Below, in pieces: positions 38,272-45,920 of a stretch of 64,000 bases of DNA. The translations under genes were made by a program, and so were the position numbers. Within the stretch, counting starts at the first letter, position 1; every line of letters starts with the position of its first letter. The stretch is from a virus. The notes under the pieces are model-generated. The model had not been told where the DNA came from and did no database searches. It saw only the letters and a program-made list of their open reading frames with translations. The stretch covers positions 24,487 to 88,486 of IMG/VR virus record IMGVR_UViG_3300030329_001671; one strand, 5' to 3'.

Positions 38272-38536
38272 AGACGTAGTAGATGACATTATAGAAGGAA
38301 ACGGCAGGAGTAAAGAAGGGGGAGAGACTATAACTCATATAATTGAGTACCATAACATCTTCGACCGCTCCCCTACGTGGAAACTATGCCGGGATGAAAA
38401 AGAATATAAGCATGCTATGGAAACTGGAGCATTCATCAACCCTAGACTAATCTGGCAGAGAGAAGAAACAAGTGACGAGGACGACTCCTCCCCCACTATC
38501 CCAGATGATGATGTGCTTGAGTTTCATTTAAGGTAA
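38252..38536 (+). CDS. Hypothetical protein
   Basis: GAGGTG RBS; IIEY.N.F...WKL motif. Confidence 0.65.
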   Translation: MTSISLKDVVDDIIEGNGRSKEGGETITHIIEYHNIFDRSPTWKLCRDEKEYKHAMETGAFINPRLIWQREETSDEDDSSPTIPDDDVLEFHLR

Positions 38537-38559
38537 GTAATGTATCAAAAGGAAGACTA

Positions 38560-38796
38560 ATGCAATCAGAACACAGAAGATGGATGACAGAACGAAGTTA
38601 CACAGACAAAGTAGACGATGCTTTAATTGAGTTAGAATTCTTAGCGAAACGTATAAATAGGATAGAGCGCAAGATAAGTAAGATGAATAAAGATTTCTTC
38701 AGAGTAACCAAAGCCCGCTCGAAGAAAAAGAAGGGACAACAGAACAAGTACGTAAGAAAACAATTAGTAGGTGTACTAGACGAAAAGGAAACATAA
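38560..38796 (+). CDS. Basic hypothetical protein
   Basis: AAGGA RBS. Confidence 0.55.
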   Translation: MQSEHRRWMTERSYTDKVDDALIELEFLAKRINRIERKISKMNKDFFRVTKARSKKKKGQQNKYVRKQLVGVLDEKET

Positions 38797-38981
38797 TGTC
38801 CTTATACAACATAGACCAAACAAATAACCCATGTGTAGTATGCGGAAAACCCTCAACAATAATACAGACTGAAACTCACTACTGCTCCCCCTGCTACTAC
38901 CAAAGATACATAAAAACAATACATAATTATACCGACCAAGGACTCAATACTGACCTATGTCAAGACTTCGGAACTAAGTAA
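38796..38981 (+). CDS. Small zinc-finger protein
   Basis: CVVCGK...YCSPC. Confidence 0.55.
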   Translation: MSLYNIDQTNNPCVVCGKPSTIIQTETHYCSPCYYQRYIKTIHNYTDQGLNTDLCQDFGTK

Positions 38982-39236
38982 AATTAGTAAATCTCTAAAA
39001 TAATAAGAAATAACCTCATATAGTATAATAGAAAGTACAGTCACCGTGTAATAATAAGCCTGTTTTACGATGGAACATAAGTATTTTACGATAAATATAT
39101 TTCAAAATATTTCAAATCAGTTCAAATTAGTGTTTTCATGGCCATATTTTCGGCTGAATGTCAAATCCAAAACTATCTTATATAATTATATGGTGAGTTC
39201 AAATCATAAGGTTTTGCCCCTAGGGAAACATAAAAA

Positions 39237-39635
39237 GGGAATTGGGAATCCGGGGAATCGGGAATTCGGGGAAACACTGGGGAATCGGCAATTACGGGGA
39301 ATCGGGAATGCAGGGAATCGGGAATGTGTGGGCAATGCGGGAATACGCAGGGGAATAGGGGAATACGGGAATGTACAGGCAATGTAGGGAATACGGGAAT
39401 ATATAGGGAATCTGGGAATTGGGGGAATTAGAACATACGTTCTAAAGGAATTCGTAAATTAGGGAATTAGGGAATGTAGGAATTCGTAAATTAAATTAAG
39501 GAATTCGACGACTTATAGGGAATTGCCCCTAGAAAAACACAAGCGAATTCGTAATTCTTCCCCGGCGGAATGACCGGGATCGGGGAATCTAAATAAAAAT
39601 TCTAAATTTTTCCAGTAGCAGCTGGAGGGGGAATA
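39237..39635 (+). repeat. Strand-biased array of about 25 degenerate (G)GGAAT repeats
   Basis: gggaattgggaatccggggaatcgggaattcgggg...; copies counted by eye. Confidence 0.9.
39429..39444. promoter_or_regulatory. LexA/SOS-box-like palindrome
   Basis: TAGAAC-ATAC-GTTCTA. Confidence 0.7.
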
Positions 39636-39638
39636 AGA

Positions 39639-39833
39639 ATGGCACGAAGAGGAGTAAAGTCATTGCAAGAGGAATTAGAGGAATACCAAGAGTATCCGGC
39701 AAAAGATTTGCATGACCGGACCCAGCACGAAATTTTAGAAAAACTTTACTGGCAACTGGTTTATACCCGGCAAGTACTTACTGGAATGGGAATGGTCGTC
39801 ATCGTCGTCTTGATCCTGCTGATGCTAAAATAG
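39639..39833 (+). CDS. Small membrane protein
   Basis: GGAGG RBS; C-terminal TM helix. Confidence 0.55.
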   Translation: MARRGVKSLQEELEEYQEYPAKDLHDRTQHEILEKLYWQLVYTRQVLTGMGMVVIVVLILLMLK

Positions 39834-39846
39834 AACAGGTGTTCTA
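39831..39846. promoter_or_regulatory. LexA/SOS-box-like palindrome
   Basis: TAGAAC-AGGT-GTTCTA. Confidence 0.7.
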
Positions 39847-39933
39847 AATTTCACGAATAAATTGGGCAGGGTCGGCGTCTTCCTTTTTGGCCCTTACTTC
39901 GTGAACTTAGTTCTCTCTTTTTATGTTACTTAT

Positions 39934-39962
39934 ATTATAACATACACTTCTACCCTTGTCAA
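39934..39962 (-). promoter_or_regulatory. Leftward consensus sigma70 promoter
   Basis: Minus strand TTGACA-17 nt-TATAAT (perfect), with TG extended -10. Confidence 0.85.
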
Positions 39963-39981
39963 GTCTTTTTGGAGGCAATTT

Positions 39982-40113
39982 ATGAAACAGGCCGAACTTA
40001 CCCGGTTGATGGCTGAGGCCGAGCGGGCGGAGGAAGAAGATTATCAGCTGGCTATCATGAAATATCTCTCTGTTATAGCTCATTCCCTACTTATAGCTGA
40101 CGAAGACGACTGA
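39982..40113 (+). CDS. Small acidic protein
   Basis: GGAGG RBS before ATG 39982. Confidence 0.55.
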   Translation: MKQAELTRLMAEAERAEEEDYQLAIMKYLSVIAHSLLIADEDD

Positions 40114-40265
40114 CTGGAGGAATAGAGCTCCAGTTCAGGCAGCTGAAAAATTTAGAAAAACTTCCCAGTAGCCAGATCCCAGCTACCCAGTGTTTCAGGT
40201 CTCCCGGTGTTCCCGGCCAGATCCGGGGCAAAAATTTAGAAAAGTTGTAATTTCTTATAAAGGTG

Positions 40266-40294
40266 TTGACATGTCCTGAGCTGTCTGTTATTAT
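40266..40294 (+). promoter_or_regulatory. Early sigma70-like promoter
   Basis: TTGACA-17-TATTAT. Confidence 0.8.
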
Positions 40295-40323
40295 ATAAGC
40301 ACACAAACAGGAAGGAAAGAAAA

Positions 40324-40602
40324 ATGTATAAGTTCTTCAGCACACCGTCACACGGATACCTAGCTGTTCCGACAGCAGACTACGAAGCTAGCGGATATAA
40401 GGCTTCCCGCTTCTCCTACAAGCTAGGAGAGCAGTTAGTCTACCTAGAGGAAGATTGCGACGCTAGAGGCTTCATGGACGCTTTCAACGTGTCACTTGAC
40501 GACGTAAAGGAAGTTGTGATAGACTACGACCTAACGCAACGAAAGTCTCTCGAACCGATGAGTGGCGAAGGTTTTGAACTAAGAATAGGAACGGGATACT
40601 AA
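40324..40602 (+). CDS. Conserved early phage hypothetical protein
   Basis: P.HGYL.V...S.FSY....VYLEEDCDA motif. Confidence 0.75.
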   Translation: MYKFFSTPSHGYLAVPTADYEASGYKASRFSYKLGEQLVYLEEDCDARGFMDAFNVSLDDVKEVVIDYDLTQRKSLEPMSGEGFELRIGTGY

Positions 40603-40603
40603 A

Positions 40604-40696
40604 ATGATTAGATGTAACGAGTGTGGACGAGCATTCGACCTGAACGATACTCGTGATGCCGATGAGTGGTATCACGGTCATGACTGTGAGGTATAA
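40604..40696 (+). CDS. 30-aa zinc-binding microprotein
   Basis: MIRCNECGRAFDLNDTRDADEWYHGHDCEV; fills the gap between coupled genes. Confidence 0.65.
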   Translation: MIRCNECGRAFDLNDTRDADEWYHGHDCEV

Positions 40697-40697
40697 A

Positions 40698-40823
40698 ATG
40701 ACTTATGTAGTATGGGTTGGTGGTGTAGACGACCACTACCAAACAAAAGAAGAAGCAGAGCAAGCAACCAAAGAATGGAAAGAGAAAGGCTACGACGATG
40801 TTATCCTTGAACTACGACCATGA
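40698..40823 (+). CDS. 41-aa early microprotein
   Basis: GAGGT RBS; YVVWVGG...W..KGYDDV.LE. Confidence 0.65.
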   Translation: MTYVVWVGGVDDHYQTKEEAEQATKEWKEKGYDDVILELRP

Positions 40824-40850
40824 ATGTGCGGAAAGGAAAATTTAGAAAAA

Positions 40851-41114
40851 ATGACGACTAAACAACGATATGAAAAAATGTTTGTGACGGTTCCTGAGTC
40901 TGCATTAGACGACCCTAACCATGAATCCGCAATAGAGGACATGAATGGGTACATCGAGCGTATGGGGGGAACCGCACACGCTCCTGATGGTATGGACTAC
41001 TCTTGGACTGTTCCCGCTCACTGGACCTTTAGGTTCTACGAGCGATTCAAGTCCTTTGGTCTCAATGCTAGAGTACTTCCCGGTTCGCATTGGTTTGGAA
41101 TGTTAGAAAATTAG
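40851..41114 (+). CDS. Early hypothetical protein
   Basis: ORF in early operon. Confidence 0.6.
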   Translation: MTTKQRYEKMFVTVPESALDDPNHESAIEDMNGYIERMGGTAHAPDGMDYSWTVPAHWTFRFYERFKSFGLNARVLPGSHWFGMLEN

Positions 41115-41117
41115 GGG

Positions 41118-41146
41118 TTGACAAGCATAAAAGTTTATGCTATAAT
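41118..41146 (+). promoter_or_regulatory. Early promoter driving small ncRNA 1
   Basis: Perfect TTGACA-17-TATAAT; the spacer is itself an inverted repeat AGCATAAA-AG-TTTATGCT. Confidence 0.85.
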
Positions 41147-41154
41147 ATAGTCAA

Positions 41155-41227
41155 GCTAGTGAGGCGGGCATGGTCAGACATTCCCTTATGAAGATAAGAT
41201 GACACGCTGAAACCGCCCGCCCCTAGC
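41155..41227 (+). ncRNA. Putative ~75-nt hairpin ncRNA
   Basis: GCTAG/CTAGC, GCGGGC/GCCCGC, GGT/ACC, CAG/CTG and CTTAT-GAAG-ATAAG nested stems after a dedicated promoter; no ORF. Confidence 0.6.
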
Positions 41228-41254
41228 AGAAAAAATATTAGAAAAAGATAGGTG

Positions 41255-41283
41255 TTGACATGTAGTAAAAAGTATGCTACAAT
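41255..41283 (+). promoter_or_regulatory. Early promoter driving large ncRNA
   Basis: TTGACA-17-TACAAT. Confidence 0.8.
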
Positions 41284-41289
41284 ATATGT

Positions 41290-41710
41290 ATGAGGTAAGG
41301 AACTGAGAATTCCTAATGAACAGACTAACTGCGGGTTAGCGCAAGCCTTAAAAAAGCATACCTGTTCAGACTTATCAGTACCTCTAGGAGCGGGAGTGAG
41401 GATACACGCAACAGTCTTAGTTACTTAGTAAAGTATTCAACTCCAATGCTCCGACACTCGGAGTGGAGACTGAAGGGGTCATTACCCGCCACCTGTTTCA
41501 AACGCAGAGTCCAGTCTCAACTGAGGGGAGCGAAAATAGAATATTGAACCATGCAAATGTCCCTCATTCATATGGCAGCATCACAAGTAGTGAGCAATGA
41601 AGAATCCTAGGATAACTTCTCAGCCGATGTCTTGTAATATGCAGACCATCCCTGAACTGCACACATCCCTCTGTTGAATCATATTCTAATATCGCTCCCC
41701 TCTTTTATTT
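41290..41710 (+). ncRNA. Putative ~410-nt multidomain structured ncRNA
   Basis: Four closed domains (GAGGTA/TACCTC, GGAGC/GCTCC, GAGACTG/CAGTCTC, GAGGGGAGCGA/TCGCTCCCCTC), a terminal T-tract and no ORF of 60 aa or more. Confidence 0.72.
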
Positions 41711-41716
41711 AAAGAC

Positions 41717-41745
41717 TTGACAGCCTCTTTGTACTATGCTAAAAT
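41717..41745 (+). promoter_or_regulatory. Early promoter
   Basis: TTGACA-17-TAAAAT. Confidence 0.8.
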
Positions 41746-41767
41746 ATATGTACAAGGAGCAAATGAC

Positions 41768-42025
41768 ATGAACTTAACAAAAGATGGATACCTAGTCGGA
41801 CAGAGCGGTGTGCTTGTTACATGCCCTATCTGTCTCGGTGACATGTGCGGTTGCTACGATGACCTTGAGGTCAAGGGATACCGCATCTGTAAGGGTTGCG
41901 CTAGTGAGTACGAAGCGCATTGGGGTCGCCCACCGTCTAAGGGAACGATTAGCAAAGCTATCAAAGCATTAGTCGCTCAGGGGTTGTGGGACAGAAAAAC
42001 CCACAGCGTCCCTAAAGCGGCGTAA
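41768..42025 (+). CDS. Cys-rich early protein
   Basis: AAGGAG RBS; CPIC...CGC...CKGC. Confidence 0.65.
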   Translation: MNLTKDGYLVGQSGVLVTCPICLGDMCGCYDDLEVKGYRICKGCASEYEAHWGRPPSKGTISKAIKALVAQGLWDRKTHSVPKAA

Positions 42026-42041
42026 AGGAAAATTTAGAAAA

Positions 42042-42251
42042 ATGACACAGCAAGACACATTCTTGGCCTCCCTACGGGGACAATACATCATGGCGCAAGC
42101 CTTAGAGGTTGCCATTGATACGCTAGAAAAAGTAGAACCACCATACATGAGGGAAGAATCCAACATAGCGGACATGAAGTTCCTAAGAGAAAAATTCAAC
42201 TTCCCGATCTTCATGGAGCGGGCATTCCTAGCACAGAAATTTGGAGAATGA
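42042..42251 (+). CDS. Early hypothetical protein
   Basis: S.RGQYIMAQAL..AI..L......E.SNI.DM motif. Confidence 0.7.
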   Translation: MTQQDTFLASLRGQYIMAQALEVAIDTLEKVEPPYMREESNIADMKFLREKFNFPIFMERAFLAQKFGE

Positions 42252-42330
42252 TATGAGAAGGGAAACCATTTGCCTATTCCCTCCCTCATTCCCTCCTATT
42301 CCCTCTAGGCAATAAGCCAATATAGAGGGG

Positions 42331-42375
42331 AATCCCCTAGCAGTTCAGTCATTTCTGCTAGGGGATTTTTTATTT
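42331..42375 (+). terminator. Rho-independent terminator
   Basis: AATCCCCTAGCAG...CTGCTAGGGGATT + T-tract. Confidence 0.85.
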
Positions 42376-42639
42376 CCCCGGCCTTTCTCCAGTAGTTGGA
42401 GGGAAAAATTTAGAAAAAATCTTCAGGAATCACTGGACGAGGCCTACTGGATCTACCAATTTCCGTTTATCAATATACATTCCGCCCAGTCTTCAGCTGG
42501 AATTCTGGTCTGGTGCAGCTGGATCTGGGAAAAATTTAGAAAAATCCCCCCGGCGGATGTAGTCGGGATGCTTCCGGCTCTGATCCCAGCATCCTAGCTC
42601 CCAGCCGGGAATTGCCGGGTCTGGCTAAAATTTAGAAAT

Positions 42640-42668
42640 TTGACGACTCCCCGGTTTTCTGCTATACT
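42640..42668 (+). promoter_or_regulatory. Early promoter
   Basis: TTGACG-17-TATACT. Confidence 0.7.
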
Positions 42669-42686
42669 TTCCGGCCGGAGGAAAAA

Positions 42687-42941
42687 ATGGAAAAAGAAAC
42701 ATACTCGCCCCTATCCAATAAAAAGACTAGGGAGCCATTTTTAGAAAAAATCCAAATATTACATGAGGCTATGGAAAATGTAATTGAGGCACATGAAACT
42801 TGGTTACAGGACGCAACCGATTGGACGAAAAAAGATGAGAGCGGAATGGTTCGCATGTCTCGTTCATGGCTAGACGAATCTCTTGAGGAGGGCAAAGACG
42901 CTCTCAAAAATTTGAAAAAATATAAAATCTTTCAAAATTGA
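42687..42941 (+). CDS. Early hypothetical protein
   Basis: GGAGG RBS. Confidence 0.65.
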   Translation: MEKETYSPLSNKKTREPFLEKIQILHEAMENVIEAHETWLQDATDWTKKDESGMVRMSRSWLDESLEEGKDALKNLKKYKIFQN

Positions 42942-42953
42942 TAGAAAAACCTC

Positions 42954-42982
42954 TTGACAAACGGTTTTCGTTCCTATAATAT
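42954..42982 (+). promoter_or_regulatory. Early promoter
   Basis: TTGACA followed by TATAATAT (15-17 nt spacer). Confidence 0.65.
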
Positions 42983-43018
42983 AGGTAGTACATCAAAACA
43001 AGTGATTTGGAGAAAACA

Positions 43019-43363
43019 ATGATTATCACCCCACAACAGTACCCTACCTTATCAAAAGAGGTCAAAGGCGACCCTCACAATTTCCTAGCGGGAGATGAGA
43101 TAGAAATTTCGGGGACACGTTTCCCTGTGGTACGTCGCATATTCAACGTAGAAGGCGAAATCGAAAAGGTGCTAGTTGCCAAGACGCATGTTCGTATGAG
43201 TGTGCAGAACGATTACCTTGACGCATTTGAAGATGCGATGGAAACCAAAAATTCAGAAAAACTTGAAGATATCGCTCACAAGATATTCGATCAAGTTGGT
43301 ACAACTCTAGTTTCATTGTACGGATTTGAGGATAGTCGTCCTAGCGACGATGAATCTAAGTAG
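43019..43363 (+). CDS. Early hypothetical protein
   Basis: GGAG RBS; own promoter and terminator. Confidence 0.65.
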   Translation: MIITPQQYPTLSKEVKGDPHNFLAGDEIEISGTRFPVVRRIFNVEGEIEKVLVAKTHVRMSVQNDYLDAFEDAMETKNSEKLEDIAHKIFDQVGTTLVSLYGFEDSRPSDDESK

Positions 43364-43383
43364 GTTTCTCCTACCTCTTGTTT

Positions 43384-43422
43384 CTCCCCTACCCACCTAA
43401 TGGGTAGGGGAGTTTTTATTTT
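43384..43422 (+). terminator. Rho-independent terminator
   Basis: CTCCCCTACCCA-CCTAA-TGGGTAGGGGAG + T-tract. Confidence 0.85.
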
Positions 43423-43427
43423 AGCAC

Positions 43428-43456
43428 TTGACAAATTATAAATTTTAGGATATCCT
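43428..43456 (+). promoter_or_regulatory. Early promoter
   Basis: TTGACA-17-TATCCT. Confidence 0.7.
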
Positions 43457-43476
43457 TACGTGTAAGGAGAAAAGAA

Positions 43477-43752
43477 ATGTCTACATACGATTACCTAAAA
43501 ACTGAATCTACTGAGGAGCGAGTGCCAAAAGACGCTGACATCTCGGTAGCCGAAAACTTGAGGTTGTTGCAAGTTGGCGACAGAATCGACGTTTACTCCC
43601 CTATTACTGAGGATTGGACATACGCTTCAGTTCTAAAAGCGAGTGACGATTGGATTGAGACTATATTCACTGATGGTGAGGTTGTAGTTTTTAGTCTAGA
43701 TGAAATGCCGATTTGGAAAAATGAAGGATTCGATATAAGGAGTGCAGTATAA
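43477..43752 (+). CDS. Early protein, SH3/Tudor-like
   Basis: LQVGDRIDVY.....W..A.V pattern; AAGGAG RBS. Confidence 0.65.
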   Translation: MSTYDYLKTESTEERVPKDADISVAENLRLLQVGDRIDVYSPITEDWTYASVLKASDDWIETIFTDGEVVVFSLDEMPIWKNEGFDIRSAV

Positions 43753-44198
43753 TGCCTAATTGGTGCAGTAACGAAGTGCAGGTATATAGCACAAAAGAAA
43801 ATTTAGAAAAATTTATCGACGAGTGTTTCACAGATTTCAAAGGAACGCCTGTTTTAGATTTCAATAAGGTTCTGCCCGAACCTGACTATAAGAAACCACA
43901 GAAAGACGGTACGCATAACAATGGAGTGCAGACTCAGTTATCTACTGTAATGCCTGATTGGTGGACTTGGCGCAATGATACGTGGGGTACGAAATGGAAT
44001 CTAGTACCTAGCGATGACAGTACCTTAGATGGTTACGAGATATTCCAAACCGATGACTGTCTAGAGTTGAGGTTTGATACGGCGTGGTCACCACCTAACG
44101 GTGTCTACGATGAAATTGTTGACAAATACCCTGACCTTGATGTAACGTGGTTCTATCGAGAAGATGGCATGCAGTTTGCAGGTTGGTTGCCTGACTAA
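43752..44198 (+). CDS. DUF1281/YubB ferredoxin-like (Api92-like) protein
   Basis: MPNWC.N, LDFN...P.P, W..WR...WGTKWN, FDTAWSPP, Y.E.GM.FAG. Confidence 0.85.
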   Translation: MPNWCSNEVQVYSTKENLEKFIDECFTDFKGTPVLDFNKVLPEPDYKKPQKDGTHNNGVQTQLSTVMPDWWTWRNDTWGTKWNLVPSDDSTLDGYEIFQTDDCLELRFDTAWSPPNGVYDEIVDKYPDLDVTWFYREDGMQFAGWLPD

Positions 44199-44207
44199 GG
44201 AGTAGTT

Positions 44208-44336
44208 ATGAATTGGAAAAATTTGAAAAAAGCTTGGCAGGAGTCAGGCGACGAGCGTTGGATACAGCACCCGAAGGGTCATCGAGCGCAGAAGAAAGCC
44301 GAGAGGCGCAACCGCAAAGAGGGTAGGCTAAGGTAG
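44208..44336 (+). CDS. 42-aa basic Trp-containing microprotein overlapping the tRNA 5' end
   Basis: AAGGAG RBS; MNWKNLKKAWQESGDERWIQHPKGHRAQKKAERRNRKEGRLR. Confidence 0.55.
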   Translation: MNWKNLKKAWQESGDERWIQHPKGHRAQKKAERRNRKEGRLR

Positions 44337-44389
44337 CCAACAGGTCTCCAAAACCTGAGGAGTGAGTTCGATTCTTACACCCTCTGCCA
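44318..44389 (+). tRNA. tRNA-Trp (CCA), slightly atypical D arm
   Basis: AGAGGGT/ACCCTCT acceptor stem, GGCT/AGCC D stem, CAGGT-CTCCAAA-ACCTG anticodon arm, GTGAG-TTCGATT-CTTAC T arm, G discriminator and encoded CCA. Confidence 0.85.
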
Positions 44390-44390
44390 C

Positions 44391-44421
44391 TCCCCTAGCA
44401 TTTGCTAGGGGATTACTTTTT
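44391..44421 (+). terminator. Terminator after tRNA
   Basis: TCCCCTAGCA-TT-TGCTAGGGGA then T-rich tail; same stem as the 42331 terminator. Confidence 0.75.
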
Positions 44422-44439
44422 ACACCTAAAGGAACGATT

Positions 44440-44928
44440 ATGAGATATTTTACTGGAGCTCCCAGTAGCGACACGGAGAAAATTTTAGAAAAAGTGGCCG
44501 GAAAGTATCAAGCCCGGCATCTATCAAAGAACTCGAAGAAAAGGAAGGCCAGAAAGATTTTTACCGAGAAATCTCTTGAGCAGGCCAAGAAAAATTGGAA
44601 AGATGGAAAGAGAAGTAATTGGTCTTACGATAAAGAGGCTTGGCTAGAAGCAACAGTTCGTACTGAAGAACTGGACATGGGGCGTTATTACTGGATCTCC
44701 CGGAACTGGGAGAAGACCGGGGCCTTTGTAAAAATTTTAGAAAAAAGTACCGAGCTCAATCCAGCTGGTCTGCCGAGCAGCGTAACTGTCGAAGTAGTAA
44801 AACCAGTAGGGGCTTACCAGTTAGGTCAGATAAAACTTATGAACGCCACCCAGATCTTTGACCACCGGGCGCATGCCAGCAAAGAAAATTTTAGAAAATA
44901 TCTAGCCGGGGAGCCTTACATTGTTTAG
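44440..44928 (+). CDS. Basic hypothetical protein
   Basis: AAGGA RBS before ATG 44440; the track start at 44362 lies inside the tRNA. Confidence 0.55.
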   Translation: MRYFTGAPSSDTEKILEKVAGKYQARHLSKNSKKRKARKIFTEKSLEQAKKNWKDGKRSNWSYDKEAWLEATVRTEELDMGRYYWISRNWEKTGAFVKILEKSTELNPAGLPSSVTVEVVKPVGAYQLGQIKLMNATQIFDHRAHASKENFRKYLAGEPYIV

Positions 44929-45011
44929 AAAATTTTCCCAGAAGGTGCGGCGGTACTGGACTGCACAGCGTTGCGGTTGGGACGGAATATGTGCCGAGTC
45001 ACATAAATAAT

Positions 45012-45040
45012 TTGACACTCTGGAGTTTTTATGTTATTAT
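45012..45040 (+). promoter_or_regulatory. Early promoter
   Basis: TTGACA-17-TATTAT. Confidence 0.8.
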
Positions 45041-45062
45041 ATAGAGAACAGGAGTAAATGAA

Positions 45063-45203
45063 ATGAAACAGACATGGGTACTAAGAGAATGGGTCAAGTG
45101 GGTTATATTCTTCACGATTCTATATTTCTTACTAGTATGGGTAGGCTTTCCAATGCCTGAGGTCACCCTACCCTCTGTAAGTTGGGACGGAGTTTGTAAC
45201 TAA
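45063..45203 (+). CDS. 46-aa membrane microprotein
   Basis: AGGAG RBS; WVIFFTILYFLLVWVGF TM helix. Confidence 0.6.
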   Translation: MKQTWVLREWVKWVIFFTILYFLLVWVGFPMPEVTLPSVSWDGVCN

Positions 45204-45242
45204 TGGAAAAGAAAAATTCTAAAAATCCGTGGTGGGCATACA

Positions 45243-45392
45243 ATGACTAAAGTTATACATAGAACACTAAGAGGATACTCACACGAATGCGAAATCGTGG
45301 GGGAAGGTGAAGAAGTAGGTCGTAAGGTTTACGACTTAGCGTGTGGCAAGTGGGCGTGGGAAGAACAAGTAAAAATTCAGAAAAAGGATTGA
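45243..45392 (+). CDS. 49-aa early microprotein
   Basis: Fills the gap, coupled to 45394. Confidence 0.5.
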   Translation: MTKVIHRTLRGYSHECEIVGEGEEVGRKVYDLACGKWAWEEQVKIQKKD

Positions 45393-45393
45393 G

Positions 45394-45639
45394 ATGACAA
45401 CAATAGCAAGAAATAGAAATGAAGCAGAAGTGTATATCATGGACGTTATCGACAAGCTAGGGGGAGGCACAATCACGCAACCCCTACTTGACGACTCCGA
45501 CCCTGATTTTCCATTCGTAGGCTTTAGAGTCGTCAAAGACGAGCAGACGCTAAACGTATGGGTACTACGTGACCCTGAAGGTAATGGAAGCGGTCACCTG
45601 TCGATAGAAGAACCAAATCAATTTGGAAATTTTGATTGA
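45394..45639 (+). CDS. Early hypothetical protein
   Basis: WVLRDPEGNG.G.L motif. Confidence 0.7.
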   Translation: MTTIARNRNEAEVYIMDVIDKLGGGTITQPLLDDSDPDFPFVGFRVVKDEQTLNVWVLRDPEGNGSGHLSIEEPNQFGNFD

Positions 45640-45663
45640 CAATTCACTCCTCCCTGTTATAAT
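45636..45663 (+). promoter_or_regulatory. Early promoter
   Basis: TTGACA-16-TATAAT. Confidence 0.7.
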
Positions 45664-45682
45664 AAATAGCAGGAGGAAGGAG

Positions 45683-45820
45683 ATGAATATAAAAACTGAA
45701 CACAACGGGGCGAAAAACGGCGGGGGATATTGGGGTACTAGGAAGGAAGCAAAGAAATTCAGTTCACGTATACGGCGCATAAATGCCAAAAGTGAAATCA
45801 AACAACAGCTTACCGACTAA
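45683..45820 (+). CDS. Small basic protein
   Basis: AGGAGG RBS; KTEHNGAKNGGGYWG.R.EAK..S...RR motif. Confidence 0.7.
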   Translation: MNIKTEHNGAKNGGGYWGTRKEAKKFSSRIRRINAKSEIKQQLTD

Positions 45821-45842
45821 CCCACCCGCCTACATAAAGAAG

Positions 45843-45920
45843 AACCCACCAACTCGGTGGGTTTTTTGTTGACCAAAATTTAGAAAAATACTTGACGGTC
45901 GTTCTGCCCTATGCTATAAT
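45843..45920 (+). promoter_or_regulatory. Terminator-motif-promoter cassette, copy 1
   Basis: AACCCACC..GGTGGGTTTTT, CCAAAATTTAGAAAAATAC, TTGACG-17-TATAAT. Confidence 0.85.

Noticed and set aside
39237-39635. CRISPR array or protein-coding repeat (ORFs 39070..39387 + and 39173..39382 -)
   Set aside because: Units are 6-10 nt with no unique spacers. The ORFs are low-complexity by-products of a stop-poor repeat and lack a good RBS.
41178-41186. ACATTCCCT in the small ncRNA as a telomerase-like template for the GGGAAT array
   Set aside because: It is only a 9-nt match to a degenerate array and no reverse transcriptase is present in the window; plausible by chance.
41523-41702. tmRNA
   Set aside because: Starts GGGGAGCG but has no T-arm/CCA end and no tag-like reading frame.
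43364-43390. 3' UTR TTGTTTCTCC pairing with the RBS of gene 43019 (type I toxin-like long-range fold)
   Set aside because: The match is short and imperfect, partly overlaps the terminator stem, and the protein is not toxin-like.
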